The notes: a model not told the origin generated them from the letters alone. Positions 8,777 to 17,886 are shown, counted from the first letter of the stretch. The stretch: DNA of 28,129 bases from Polaromonas sp. (GCA_044350025.1 JBILIK010000109.1:1-28129), one strand, 5' to 3'. Numbers and translations: made by a program.

Positions 8777-9099
8777 ATACCGTACTTTCTTGAGAAAAAT
8801 TCAAACTCTCTAACCTCGCCACTTTTTTCATTCATATCATTTTGCTCACTGAAAAATTTTTCACCCATATTTAAAATGTGTGCCATAAAGATTGGCTCAT
8901 CATCATTAAATCCGTAGTTTTTATAATCAGCCCCCTTTTCTTCAAAGACCTCAATCAGTTTAAATCTTTCTTCAATTGTAAAAATTTGTCTCGTTAATTC
9001 ATTGTCTTTAAATCTATCTGGCAGCAGCAATACTTTTGTTCCAGGCTGCTCCTGCAGCCAATATTTAGGTTGATTTTTTTTAAAGAGTGATCCAAACAT
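8773..9099 (-). CDS. Hypothetical protein (108 aa)
   Basis: Clean ATG ORF, translationally coupled (ATGA) to the downstream secreted protein. No family recognised. Confidence 0.5.
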   Translation of the reverse strand: MFGSLFKKNQPKYWLQEQPGTKVLLLPDRFKDNELTRQIFTIEERFKLIEVFEEKGADYKNYGFNDDEPIFMAHILNMGEKFFSEQNDMNEKSGEVREFEFFSRKYGI

Positions 9100-9296
9100 A
9101 CTTTTCTCTTTCTAAAAGTCTTAGGCATCCGTCTTACAAAAGTTTAGATTTATGACAGTCTATCAGCCCCCATTGTCGCTGTGAATTTGCTGTAGTGCCG
9201 CTAAATCGTTGAGGCTCTGTTGCCCATCTGCTTGCTCAACATGTGTATGTCAGGGCTGTGGCCTACGCGTCGTGCAATTTTCTTACGTGCAAAAGT

Positions 9297-9548
9297 CTAA
9301 GTGGCCATCAGCGCATCTTCGATCGAACCTTGGAAACCCTCGGCGTCGCCATAGTGCACAACAAGGCGGCTACCAACGAATCGCGAGTCATTGAAATGCC
9401 ATGTGTACGTGAACTCTTCGCCTTCGTAAAATCCTTGGGCATCTTTCACAAGATGCGCACCACTTTTAACATCCATCCACTCTGTTGAAGTAAGGCTCAC
9501 AGTCTGAGTTTCGTAACCAATTTGAACACTTAAACTAATATCAGCCAC
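9297..9548 (-). CDS. Hypothetical protein (83 aa, GTG start)
   Basis: ORF with an AAGGA-like motif upstream of the GTG. Local GC (~50% by eye) is higher than its neighbours. No family recognised. Confidence 0.4.
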   Translation of the reverse strand: MADISLSVQIGYETQTVSLTSTEWMDVKSGAHLVKDAQGFYEGEEFTYTWHFNDSRFVGSRLVVHYGDAEGFQGSIEDALMAT

Positions 9549-9640
9549 AAGGAAGATCCTTCAACATTGGTTAAATTAGAAAAGGCCAGTGAAAGAATTC
9601 GCCATCGTTGAGTCAATACTTCAGAAGCATACCAAGGCTG

Positions 9641-10447
9641 TCAATAAGCACCCGTGTTCAAATCGCCTTGATAACACTCTGGGAAAAATATATTGATCAT
9701 TTTCATTGAGTCATCTTCTTCTTTTTCAGACACAATTATTTGCTCCAGCAATTCAATTATTTCTTCTTTGCTGTATTCGTCATCATCAAGTATTTCACCA
9801 TCCAAACCCTTCAACTGATAGACACCATGTTGATTGGGACCAGAATCTAAAGCATGTTCTAGTTTGTCTTGATCAGGCGTACTGTCGTAGTTGTACATGG
9901 CCAAGCCAAGTTTGTGGAGTGCATGAGCCAGATCACTTACAAAATCATATACATCGTGCTGAGTGAATCTATCCATATAGTCGATATCTTCAGCAGGGTT
10001 TGAGCCGCCAAGCAATCCAAATGCATTTACTGTTTTTCCAGTTACAGCATCGAAAGAGAAAATCCTGTTCTTTCTGCCTAGACCGAAACATAAAACTTGT
10101 TTTGTGAAGAGATTAACTATTATGAAATCTGGATTGAGATTTCCAGAGTTGAGATAACTTGCAAAAGGTTCATAAAGTTCGATTAATACATTTTTCAATT
10201 CAGGCCTGAGAACGCTAACATTAATGAAAAACAAATGGCCTACTGGTTTTTCTTCGCTATCAGGATTATTTTCATAGTGTTTCAGCAAATATTCAAAATC
10301 ATCTTGGTTGTATTCCGCATTGGGAATATCTTTGGCTCTGGGTTGACGGTCAAAAAAGGATTTTGAATACACATCAACCAAATCACCTTGTTGCTGAAGT
10401 TTCGCAAGCAAGGCAATGGCTGTTTTTGTACCACCCGTGATTTTCAT
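9641..10447 (-). CDS. Hypothetical protein (268 aa) with an acidic C-terminal region, immediately downstream of the Type ISP gene
   Basis: ATG preceded by GAAGGGA. Same strand and similar low GC as the ISP gene. No motifs recognised. Confidence 0.55.
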   Translation of the reverse strand: MKITGGTKTAIALLAKLQQQGDLVDVYSKSFFDRQPRAKDIPNAEYNQDDFEYLLKHYENNPDSEEKPVGHLFFINVSVLRPELKNVLIELYEPFASYLNSGNLNPDFIIVNLFTKQVLCFGLGRKNRIFSFDAVTGKTVNAFGLLGGSNPAEDIDYMDRFTQHDVYDFVSDLAHALHKLGLAMYNYDSTPDQDKLEHALDSGPNQHGVYQLKGLDGEILDDDEYSKEEIIELLEQIIVSEKEEDDSMKMINIFFPECYQGDLNTGAY

Positions 10448-10582
10448 AACAGTTCCCTTCTGTTCTTAAAAATTTCTTACGAATTCACAAACGATGCACT
10501 ACTGGAATCGTTCACAACATCTGCAATCGTGCCATCTTTAATCCGCTGTACTCTTTGTTCAATCATTTTTTTAGATCGGTTA

Positions 10583-13500
10583 TCACAAATCCAATTTTGG
10601 AAGCGAGTTAACGATCTTCATAGTTTCAAGTGAAACGGTAATCACACGTTGAAAGAGTTCCAGAGGATACGCTGGGTTATTCATCGTTTCAATCGCATAG
10701 TCATTTGCGTCATTGACGATGCCACTATCCTTGTCGACTTTCAAGCATTGACGTTCCATGACCCACTCAAGCGCGGGTTTACCGTTCACTACGTATTCAT
10801 AGGCTTCAAGCGGAATGTTCTTGATCGTGATGCGTTCGTTATAGATGACCGTTGTTTTATCTTCACGACCACGGGTTCCTGCAAAGCGCATTTTCTCTAC
10901 CCTATAAAGAAAGGTAGGGTCTACATTATTAAGTAAATCAGTTTGACTCTCTATGCTCAAGTTTCTATAGGGCTCCGCTCTCTCATAACCAACATGTAGG
11001 GTGCCGAGGGATTTTCCTGCATCTGCGATTTGACTGAAGATGCCAAAACCCTTAACTAAAGGTATCTTAGGCAAGCCCTTTTGCAAATTATTTTGAAACC
11101 GAGTCTTGAATTCTAAGGAGTGCAGAACACCATAAATATAATAAAAAATATCTTCTTTCTTTAGGTCGGAATTTTTATAAAAATTCCTAAACTCAGAAAG
11201 ACTCCAATCACTAATTGAGTCAAGACGTTTATATGAGGAATCATCCTTCTTCAGAGAAAAAAGATCTTCGTCCCTTTCCTCTCTCTCATAAAGAAAAAGA
11301 GGAAAAACTTGACCATTGAACTGAAGTTGCACATCTGGTAGTACATCTGCAAGAACTGCAGAAAAGTTCTTTGAACCAACTCCTGAAACCGCTATGCAGA
11401 GATTAGAAAAACCATTCTGTGGGAAGATTTTGGGTAATTGATAGACCCGATTATTGAAGTCTCGATCCGCATATGCCCAGCGCTTGGTGAAAGGTCTATA
11501 TAGGGTAAGTTGTATTGATTCAGGGCGGAAAGTGATGGTTTCACCCCTTCTAACACCCTCTCTCTGAGCAGTATCCCAACTAATAAGTTTCGGATCTGTG
11601 TTGATGAAGTTTTCGATTGCTATCGATGGCTGACGATGACTATCTTTTGAAAATCGTTCAACCTCGGTGTTATAAAAATTGATTGTCCGGCTTACATTTT
11701 TTTTAAGTTTTTCAATCGAATAGTTGTAATTCCAAGAATCTCGGTTGGTTTTAAGACCGCTTGAATAGTTATTAAAAACTACTTTGCTGCCCTTACCCTT
11801 TTTGTCGCCCAAGGTAATGAAAGAGTCAAATATTACTTCTCCTTGGTTGATCCAGTCGTTTGTGTTATCTGGCGACAGGCAAGTCCACTTTCCCTCTTTT
11901 GAGATCCCTTTAATTGATTGATAGTGCGAAATTATCTTGAGTTTCTCCTCGCGATCAAAGTAGTCACCAATATCACAGTAGAAAATCTCCCCAGACCTTG
12001 GCGAAGTACCCCGCTTCCTAACCAGAATTGTTATTGCTATCGGTGATCTGCTACCAGATCCAAAAATTTTGCCTCCCTCTCGCCGAGACAACTCTCCAGC
12101 AGTTCTCTGATTTCCGCGAAGATTGAAAACGTAAATCTTGTCAAATTCCTCGACAAGGCACTTACGCATTCCGTCGGTTGCGTTTCCGTCAATCCATCCC
12201 GCACCCGTTACAAAGCCGATTACACCTTCATCACCGATGCGATCGGATGCCATTCGAAAGGCACGGATGTAACTGTCGTAGAGGGAGTTTTTTAACGTTG
12301 CTGAACTAGATGCCGCGTAGGTGCTTTCGATACGCCGATCTAAATTTGAGTACTTCACATTTGCCGCATTGTCATTAGCACTTGTTTGTCCAGCGGAATA
12401 TGGTGGGTTGCCAATGATCACATTGATCTTACGTTTTCTCTGATTCTTTCTGCGCTGAGAGTTATCCGGCAAAAGATTCGCGATCATGTCGTGATCTTCT
12501 TCGTAAAGTTGAAAAGTGTCAGTTAGAACAATCCCGTTGAAAGGACGATATTGATGATCGTCAGTCAAGTCTTGGTAGACTGATTCAGCATTTATCGAAG
12601 CGATGTAGTAAGCGAGAAGCACTATCTCGTTCGCATGAATCTCGCTTTCGAACTTACGTTTCAGACTTTGCTTATCAATCAATCCTGATTGCAAAAGTCG
12701 TGAAATAAATGTGCCCGTGCCAGCAAAAGGATCAAGAACATGCACATTCTTCTCAGTAATTCTTGTTCCAAACTCTTCATGCAAAACGTCTTCAACTGAG
12801 TGAATGATGAAGTCCACCACTTCGACTGGCGTATAGACGATACCCAGTCGCTCAGTCATTGACTTAAATGCATAACTGAAGAATCGCTCATATAACTCTA
12901 GTATGAGCGTCTGTCGACCAGTAGAGGTTTCAATGTCTGCCGATCTGCGCTTGACAGAATCGTAGAACTTTTGAAGCGAATCACTTTCCTTCTCAAGTCG
13001 TTGCGCTGATAACGCAGTCAGAATTGACTGCATAGACTTTGAAACAGGATTTTCTTCTGTAAATTTATGATCTTTGAAGAGTGATTCAAAGACAGGTTTA
13101 GTCACCAGATGCTGTGCGAGCATCTCGACTGCTTGCTCCTCTGTGATAGAGGGATTCAAATCATCACGAATCTCTGCAACAAATTCCTCAAAAAGTTTTC
13201 GCTCTTTCGTTCCAGAGTTGAAGACTATGGCTTTGATTCGTATGATGTGAGCCTGAGCGATCTTCGCAATGTCCTTAGCCCAGTTCTCCCAGTAATCCCG
13301 AGTACCGCATCGCTCGACAATCTTTGCCTTGATTGCTTTTGATAAATCAGACAAGACGAATGCAAGTTGCTCTCCAGAGGTAGATTCTGGCTCCTCAATT
13401 GGTTCCTTTTCTCCTTTACCTTCATTCTCTAGACCCTCATCGCCACCTTCTTTGCGTTTTGGTTTTATATCATCAACTACAGCGGTAGTTGCTTCAAGTT

Positions 13501-15484
13501 CCGCTCTCGCTCCAACCCCGACAATCTCAATACGATCTGAAACGTCTTCACCTAGCCCCATTTTGTTAATGGTGCTATCGAATCGCTCATCGTGCGATCG
13601 AAGCGCATTCAAGATCTGCCATACGACACGGTACTTATCGTTGTCATTCAATGCTTTTTCGGGTGATACGCCAGGAGCGACCGTAATTGGAATAATCACA
13701 TAGCCGAGATCTTTACCCTCCGCTTTACGCATTACCCTCCCAACCGACTGCACCACGTCAATTTGACTTTTACGGGGATGCATAAAAATGACTGCATCTA
13801 ACGCTGGAACGTCAACGCCTTCAGACAAACACCTGACATTAGTAAGAACACGACATGAGTTATCTTCAATATCGTCTTTGAGCCAATTCAATCGTTCGTT
13901 TCGTAGATCAGCATCAAAACCACCATCTACATGCTTTAGATCCACGCGAAAATTATCGCTTTTTTCCTCTGCAGATTCCTTTGAAAGATATTCATCAACA
14001 ACTTGTGAAAACTCTTGCTCAAGCAACTTTGAAAGTTTTATGTTTTGACAAAACGCTAACGCCCTTCGCATGGGCTTCAAAGATGAAAAATCTAGCGCAT
14101 CTGACTCTGTAAATCCTTCTTTTTCAAGTGCTTTATAGCAACCGATAATTTTTGTTGCATCGTCAAGTTTTAGTTCAGCACCTTCCGCTAATCGATTCTG
14201 AACTTTTTCGCTAACGATACCCTCATCAACTGCCAGCACAACAACTTTGTAGTCAGTTAAAAGATTGTTTTCAACAGCCCATCCGAAACCTTTGTAGAAG
14301 AATAATGGACCATAAGTACTTTCATCGTCCATAGAGGCAAGAGTGACATTTTCGTCATCCGCCTTTGTCTTTGCCTTTTCACCATAGATTCGTGGTGTTG
14401 CCGTCATATAAAGACGCTTTACACCATTGACGTTATCGTTACTATGTATCTTGACGAAACTTGACTCATCGTCTCCAACAAGCGTTGCACCTGTCGTTCG
14501 GTGCGCTTCATCACAAACAATAAGTTCAAAGTTACCTAAGCCGTGCTTCTTTTGCGCCTCTGAAATTACATCTATTGAGTGATATGTGGAGAAAACAACT
14601 GTCATTCGATCAGAAGATGCTTTTGCAACAGCATCAGCAAGATCTTTCGCATTGGTTGTTGCTGGAAACGCAAGATCGTTAGTGCTTATGATTACTTCAT
14701 CGTCCTTCTTTCTGCTACCAACAGTAGCATCTGAGCAAGCAGAAAAAGCATTAAAGTCATGTGTCGCATCATTCTTCCACTCTCTGATCGTTTGCGACAT
14801 GAGTGACAGTGACGGAACCATATACAGAACTGTTTTTCCCGCACCTGCAATAGATTCAGAAATGATCAAACTGGTATATGTTTTACCTGTACCGCAAGCC
14901 ATGATGATCTTGCCGCGGTCATGTTCTGCGAATCCCTCTCTAGTCTTCTCTAGAGCCTCAGATTGATGAGGGCGTGGTCCATGCTTTGCTCGAAAACGGA
15001 GTTCATCTTTTTTGACAAGAGTGAGCCAGTCGATTAGACAGTTCTCTAATTCTGAAGTTTGAATTCGAAGATATTCTTTGTCGAGTTTATCAAGCACTTG
15101 TTGTGCGTTTGGAGCAATGCCTAAACTTGATGTGTCGATCAATAGCAAACGACTAAAGTCTTTGTTTGACGAAGCAGAGACAAAAGAATCAAGGTCTTGC
15201 TTTGTGATCTGATTTTCGGCGCCATAGCACTTGCATTGAATAGCGCAAAAGGTGTCTTGACCACGAATCTTGGCAACTAGATCGATTCCAATGTCTTTAC
15301 CGCTATAACCCTCATGCCCTGTTACCCAATCTGTGTAGTGCCAAACTCGCTCATATTGTTGCGTTTGAGTAGGATCGTTCTCAAGAAAGACCTTGACCAT
15401 TTTTTCAAATGCAGTTCCTAACTCAGTCGTGTTTGTTGAGCGGGTCCTTATTACTTCAAGGGCTTGTCTGAAAATAGTTGCCAT
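10583..15484 (-). CDS. Type ISP restriction-modification enzyme (single polypeptide: Mrr-like nuclease + SF2 helicase-like ATPase + gamma-class N6-adenine methyltransferase + C-terminal target-recognition region), LlaGI/LlaBIII-like
   Basis: 1633 aa. The PD-(D/E)xK-like motif is GIDLVA...AIQCKCY (about residues 66-86). The ATPase motifs are Walker A ACGTGKTYT (about 196-204), DEAH VCDEAHR (about 323-329), TATP, and motif VI QSVGRVMR. The methylase motifs are SAM motif VLDPFAGTGTF (about 916-926) and IIGNPPYSAG (about 1023-1032). A further ~600 aa C-terminal region follows. Domain order and size match the described Type ISP architecture. Confidence 0.85.
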   Translation of the reverse strand: MATIFRQALEVIRTRSTNTTELGTAFEKMVKVFLENDPTQTQQYERVWHYTDWVTGHEGYSGKDIGIDLVAKIRGQDTFCAIQCKCYGAENQITKQDLDSFVSASSNKDFSRLLLIDTSSLGIAPNAQQVLDKLDKEYLRIQTSELENCLIDWLTLVKKDELRFRAKHGPRPHQSEALEKTREGFAEHDRGKIIMACGTGKTYTSLIISESIAGAGKTVLYMVPSLSLMSQTIREWKNDATHDFNAFSACSDATVGSRKKDDEVIISTNDLAFPATTNAKDLADAVAKASSDRMTVVFSTYHSIDVISEAQKKHGLGNFELIVCDEAHRTTGATLVGDDESSFVKIHSNDNVNGVKRLYMTATPRIYGEKAKTKADDENVTLASMDDESTYGPLFFYKGFGWAVENNLLTDYKVVVLAVDEGIVSEKVQNRLAEGAELKLDDATKIIGCYKALEKEGFTESDALDFSSLKPMRRALAFCQNIKLSKLLEQEFSQVVDEYLSKESAEEKSDNFRVDLKHVDGGFDADLRNERLNWLKDDIEDNSCRVLTNVRCLSEGVDVPALDAVIFMHPRKSQIDVVQSVGRVMRKAEGKDLGYVIIPITVAPGVSPEKALNDNDKYRVVWQILNALRSHDERFDSTINKMGLGEDVSDRIEIVGVGARAELEATTAVVDDIKPKRKEGGDEGLENEGKGEKEPIEEPESTSGEQLAFVLSDLSKAIKAKIVERCGTRDYWENWAKDIAKIAQAHIIRIKAIVFNSGTKERKLFEEFVAEIRDDLNPSITEEQAVEMLAQHLVTKPVFESLFKDHKFTEENPVSKSMQSILTALSAQRLEKESDSLQKFYDSVKRRSADIETSTGRQTLILELYERFFSYAFKSMTERLGIVYTPVEVVDFIIHSVEDVLHEEFGTRITEKNVHVLDPFAGTGTFISRLLQSGLIDKQSLKRKFESEIHANEIVLLAYYIASINAESVYQDLTDDHQYRPFNGIVLTDTFQLYEEDHDMIANLLPDNSQRRKNQRKRKINVIIGNPPYSAGQTSANDNAANVKYSNLDRRIESTYAASSSATLKNSLYDSYIRAFRMASDRIGDEGVIGFVTGAGWIDGNATDGMRKCLVEEFDKIYVFNLRGNQRTAGELSRREGGKIFGSGSRSPIAITILVRKRGTSPRSGEIFYCDIGDYFDREEKLKIISHYQSIKGISKEGKWTCLSPDNTNDWINQGEVIFDSFITLGDKKGKGSKVVFNNYSSGLKTNRDSWNYNYSIEKLKKNVSRTINFYNTEVERFSKDSHRQPSIAIENFINTDPKLISWDTAQREGVRRGETITFRPESIQLTLYRPFTKRWAYADRDFNNRVYQLPKIFPQNGFSNLCIAVSGVGSKNFSAVLADVLPDVQLQFNGQVFPLFLYEREERDEDLFSLKKDDSSYKRLDSISDWSLSEFRNFYKNSDLKKEDIFYYIYGVLHSLEFKTRFQNNLQKGLPKIPLVKGFGIFSQIADAGKSLGTLHVGYERAEPYRNLSIESQTDLLNNVDPTFLYRVEKMRFAGTRGREDKTTVIYNERITIKNIPLEAYEYVVNGKPALEWVMERQCLKVDKDSGIVNDANDYAIETMNNPAYPLELFQRVITVSLETMKIVNSLPKLDL

Positions 15485-15516
15485 GATTTTTTATATTATT
15501 TTTTGATTAATTAAAA

Positions 15517-16140
15517 TTACTGCTGCTCATCTTCAAGACGAAGGCGTCGGGCAGCGAGAGTCTCGTCCTCATACTGCCAGTAGTCGTTACCACTGACGGA
15601 AGTCCACTGGTATCCCATTTTCCGAAGAGCAATCAGTGCTGCCCCACTTGGCGAAAGAGATTGCCCTTCATGTTGCACTCTGCCATCTGCTACCACGGTG
15701 CAGGTCACGTTGGAGTCTTTTGTAAAGATCAACATGGCACCCACAGGAATGCCCAACTCTGAAAACCTCAGACGAGTCCTACGCTCTTCTGTGGCCACGG
15801 CTCTTTGCAAGGCCTGCACATCTGAGGCATCCACGACCACGTCAACCTTGGGCGTGACCTCTTTAAGTTCCGCAAGTTGGATGGCTTCTTTGACTTGATT
15901 GGCATCAGCACGAAAAAACTCGCGGTTTGATCTAATGCGCTTGTCGGAAAAGATGCGGTGAAGTTTGCCCTCAACCAAAGCGGAATTGCCAACCTCAGCC
16001 GCATAAAAGCACTGGAATGGCAATGGCATGCTGGTGTTGTCCAACTCTCTGATCCGCTGCTCTACGCTAGTGGTTGTACGTCCGATCTTGACCATGCCTT
16101 CCATGGCTTCATTGGTCAGAACGTAGACAATTTCAGGCAT
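15517..16140 (-). CDS. T5orf172/MUG113 (GIY-YIG superfamily) domain protein with a DUF4357-like C-terminal domain
   Basis: The N-terminus MPEIVYVLTNEAMEGMVKIGRTT...RIRELDN...EFF is typical of T5orf172. The C-terminal part (GQSLSPSGAA...GNDYWQYEDETL) resembles the small domain often fused to these proteins near R-M loci. The ATG at 16140 overlaps the upstream stop (TGATG). Confidence 0.65.
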   Translation of the reverse strand: MPEIVYVLTNEAMEGMVKIGRTTTSVEQRIRELDNTSMPLPFQCFYAAEVGNSALVEGKLHRIFSDKRIRSNREFFRADANQVKEAIQLAELKEVTPKVDVVVDASDVQALQRAVATEERRTRLRFSELGIPVGAMLIFTKDSNVTCTVVADGRVQHEGQSLSPSGAALIALRKMGYQWTSVSGNDYWQYEDETLAARRLRLEDEQQ

Positions 16141-16907
16141 CAATTTTCTTTCTTGGTTGGAGTACTCACAGGGAAAACACCATTCTCTACGTTTTTGATT
16201 ATTTGTTGGGCTTGGGAAACGTATCTTTTCACGTGTGCACCCAACATGTTTCGTCCAAGCAACCGTTCTGCGCTGGTCTTGGACAAGGCCTGTCTACTGG
16301 CATCTCGGTTAAAGCGCATGTCAACGCCAATTTCCCACAAGGTCTTGCGCTCTGGCTTGGGCAAGGCTTGGTTGGCTAGCCAGAGGTCATAGGCCTCCAG
16401 TGTGCGTTCAAGGTTCTGTATGGTGTAGTTGCGTGCCAAGGGGTACCGAGCAGTCTGCGTGACCTCGGCCAGTGCTGGCCGCCCTCTTGACCTCTGCAAC
16501 CTACTGTCAAGCAACTTGGCGAACTCGCCTTTAAGACGACGATTGCTGACACGCAATGGCACAGCCACGATCATCACGTCCTCTACGTTCCAAGAGGCAT
16601 CCCATTGATCTCGCGATGTCAACTCACCGAACTTGGCTTCCAACCGCTGCTCAGCAAACAGCCTAGGTCCACGCTGCTCATGGGTCCACCACTTGTGGAA
16701 ATCAGCAGCACGTACGTCACCAAAGTCGGCGTATAGCCCAGCCAAGCGGCCCTCACCACCAGCCTCGCAGCACTCAAGGTAGGCCGCACTCCTCATCAGA
16801 TACGCCCACCACCAGTAATAGGGGCTGCGCTTCTGGTAGGTGTCAGCAAGTCGGTTGTTGACCCGTCCAAACAGTGGGTGTGGAGCGAGGAAGTGCGTCT
16901 TAGCCAT
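16140..16907 (-). CDS. Hypothetical Trp-rich protein (~255 aa), unknown function
   Basis: The ORF opens at a TTG (16958), but the first ATG is at 16907 (MAKTHFL...). It contains SPYYWWWAYLMRSAAYLECCEAGG. GC is ~50% by eye. No family recognised. Confidence 0.55.
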   Translation of the reverse strand: MAKTHFLAPHPLFGRVNNRLADTYQKRSPYYWWWAYLMRSAAYLECCEAGGEGRLAGLYADFGDVRAADFHKWWTHEQRGPRLFAEQRLEAKFGELTSRDQWDASWNVEDVMIVAVPLRVSNRRLKGEFAKLLDSRLQRSRGRPALAEVTQTARYPLARNYTIQNLERTLEAYDLWLANQALPKPERKTLWEIGVDMRFNRDASRQALSKTSAERLLGRNMLGAHVKRYVSQAQQIIKNVENGVFPVSTPTKKEN

Positions 16908-16998
16908 TCTTACCAAGTAATTGATGTGAATGCTCGGATGGTACACGAAAACAGCCAAAAACTTGATACTTCATCTACTGCAAATTCGCAGTATTTTT

Positions 16999-17421
16999 AT
17001 GGAGATGAATATGAACCACGTTAAGCAAGCACTATCAATTAACAAAGAAAAAAAGGCACATGCACTGCGACTTTATAAACAGGCCGTTAGTGAAGTTGTG
17101 CGCAAAGATTACAAACCAATGGACGATGATGCGCATGTTGATCTAAGTGCTGTATTTGGAATGAAATATGTTGAAGAACTTTTACAAAATGGAAAATCTT
17201 TTATCAATGCAAGCGTTTATGCCGCTTCGAATGTGGAATTTAATTATGCCAATTGCTTGTATTCACAAAAAGAAAAGTTTATCCAACTAGCGAAGGAACT
17301 TGTTTCCAAAAATGAAAGAGTTGACGATCAAAAACTCGAAAACATCGCAAGTCAAATGAATTTTATTTTGACATTTACTACAGCGAAACCTGCCGAAAGG
17401 CCATTTGTGCTGTTCAAATAA
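16999..17421 (+). CDS. Hypothetical protein (~137-140 aa)
   Basis: In-frame ATGs occur at 16999, 17005 and 17011. GGAG at 17001-17004 favours 17011 (MNHVKQ...). No family recognised. Confidence 0.5.
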   Translation: MEMNMNHVKQALSINKEKKAHALRLYKQAVSEVVRKDYKPMDDDAHVDLSAVFGMKYVEELLQNGKSFINASVYAASNVEFNYANCLYSQKEKFIQLAKELVSKNERVDDQKLENIASQMNFILTFTTAKPAERPFVLFK

Positions 17422-17438
17422 TATTTAGAAATAATCAA

Positions 17439-17492
17439 TTCCACGGCCTGAAAGTATTGCTCTTTACAAATACTTAATTAATGGCCGTGGAA
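17439..17492 (+). other. Nested intergenic stem-loop
   Basis: The outer 10 bp perfect inverted repeat is TTCCACGGCC / GGCCGTGGAA (17439-17448 / 17483-17492). It encloses an inner AAGTATT / AATACTT pair. No U-tract follows. Confidence 0.4.
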
Positions 17493-17511
17493 CATCATAC
17501 AAGGAAAAATC

Positions 17512-17886
17512 ATGGAAATTATTACCACACCCGTCAAAGTCAAGACTGGAAAAGGCAGATCTAGGAAATATCAATTTCTAGATGCTGAGAAAATGAACAA
17601 TCAATACCCATCAACGTTTATGCTTCATTCACTTCAGATTAGATCTAATATACCCAACCGAATGTGGGTCAAATGTGGGGTTCAATGGAGTGGAGGCATT
17701 AATGAAAATGCATGGTTTGAGGTAATTGAAGTACAAAAAGATGATCTCGGAAAAATCACATATACAGCCGAGTTAGACAAATACAACTTGAGTGGGCTCG
17801 GCGAAGGTGTTGTTGCTTGTGGGATTGAACCGCGACATATATTAGATTTGGATTTCGAAAAATTCAAAAAGATGTTTGCACCTTAA
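17512..17886 (+). CDS. Hypothetical protein (124 aa)
   Basis: ATG preceded by AAGGAAAAA. Faint resemblance to DUF2314-like proteins (MWVKC...AWFEVIEV) that I cannot verify. Confidence 0.5.
   Translation: MEIITTPVKVKTGKGRSRKYQFLDAEKMNNQYPSTFMLHSLQIRSNIPNRMWVKCGVQWSGGINENAWFEVIEVQKDDLGKITYTAELDKYNLSGLGEGVVACGIEPRHILDLDFEKFKKMFAP

Noticed and set aside
10477-10566. 29 aa minus-strand mini-ORF between the Type ISP gene and the 268 aa gene
   Set aside because: There is no Shine-Dalgarno and no recognisable peptide features, so I cannot distinguish it from chance.
10649-14966. Plus-strand ORFs (66-126 aa) inside the Type ISP gene
   Set aside because: They are antisense to a 4.9 kb ORF with contiguous, ordered nuclease, helicase and methylase motifs, and nothing supports them independently.
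10583-15484. Alternative readings of the 1633 aa protein as Type I HsdR, BREX PglX or a DISARM component
   Set aside because: Nuclease, DEAH ATPase, NPPY methylase and a long C-terminal region are fused in one polypeptide. No hsdS/hsdM, pglZ/brxC or drm genes are nearby. The architecture fits Type ISP.
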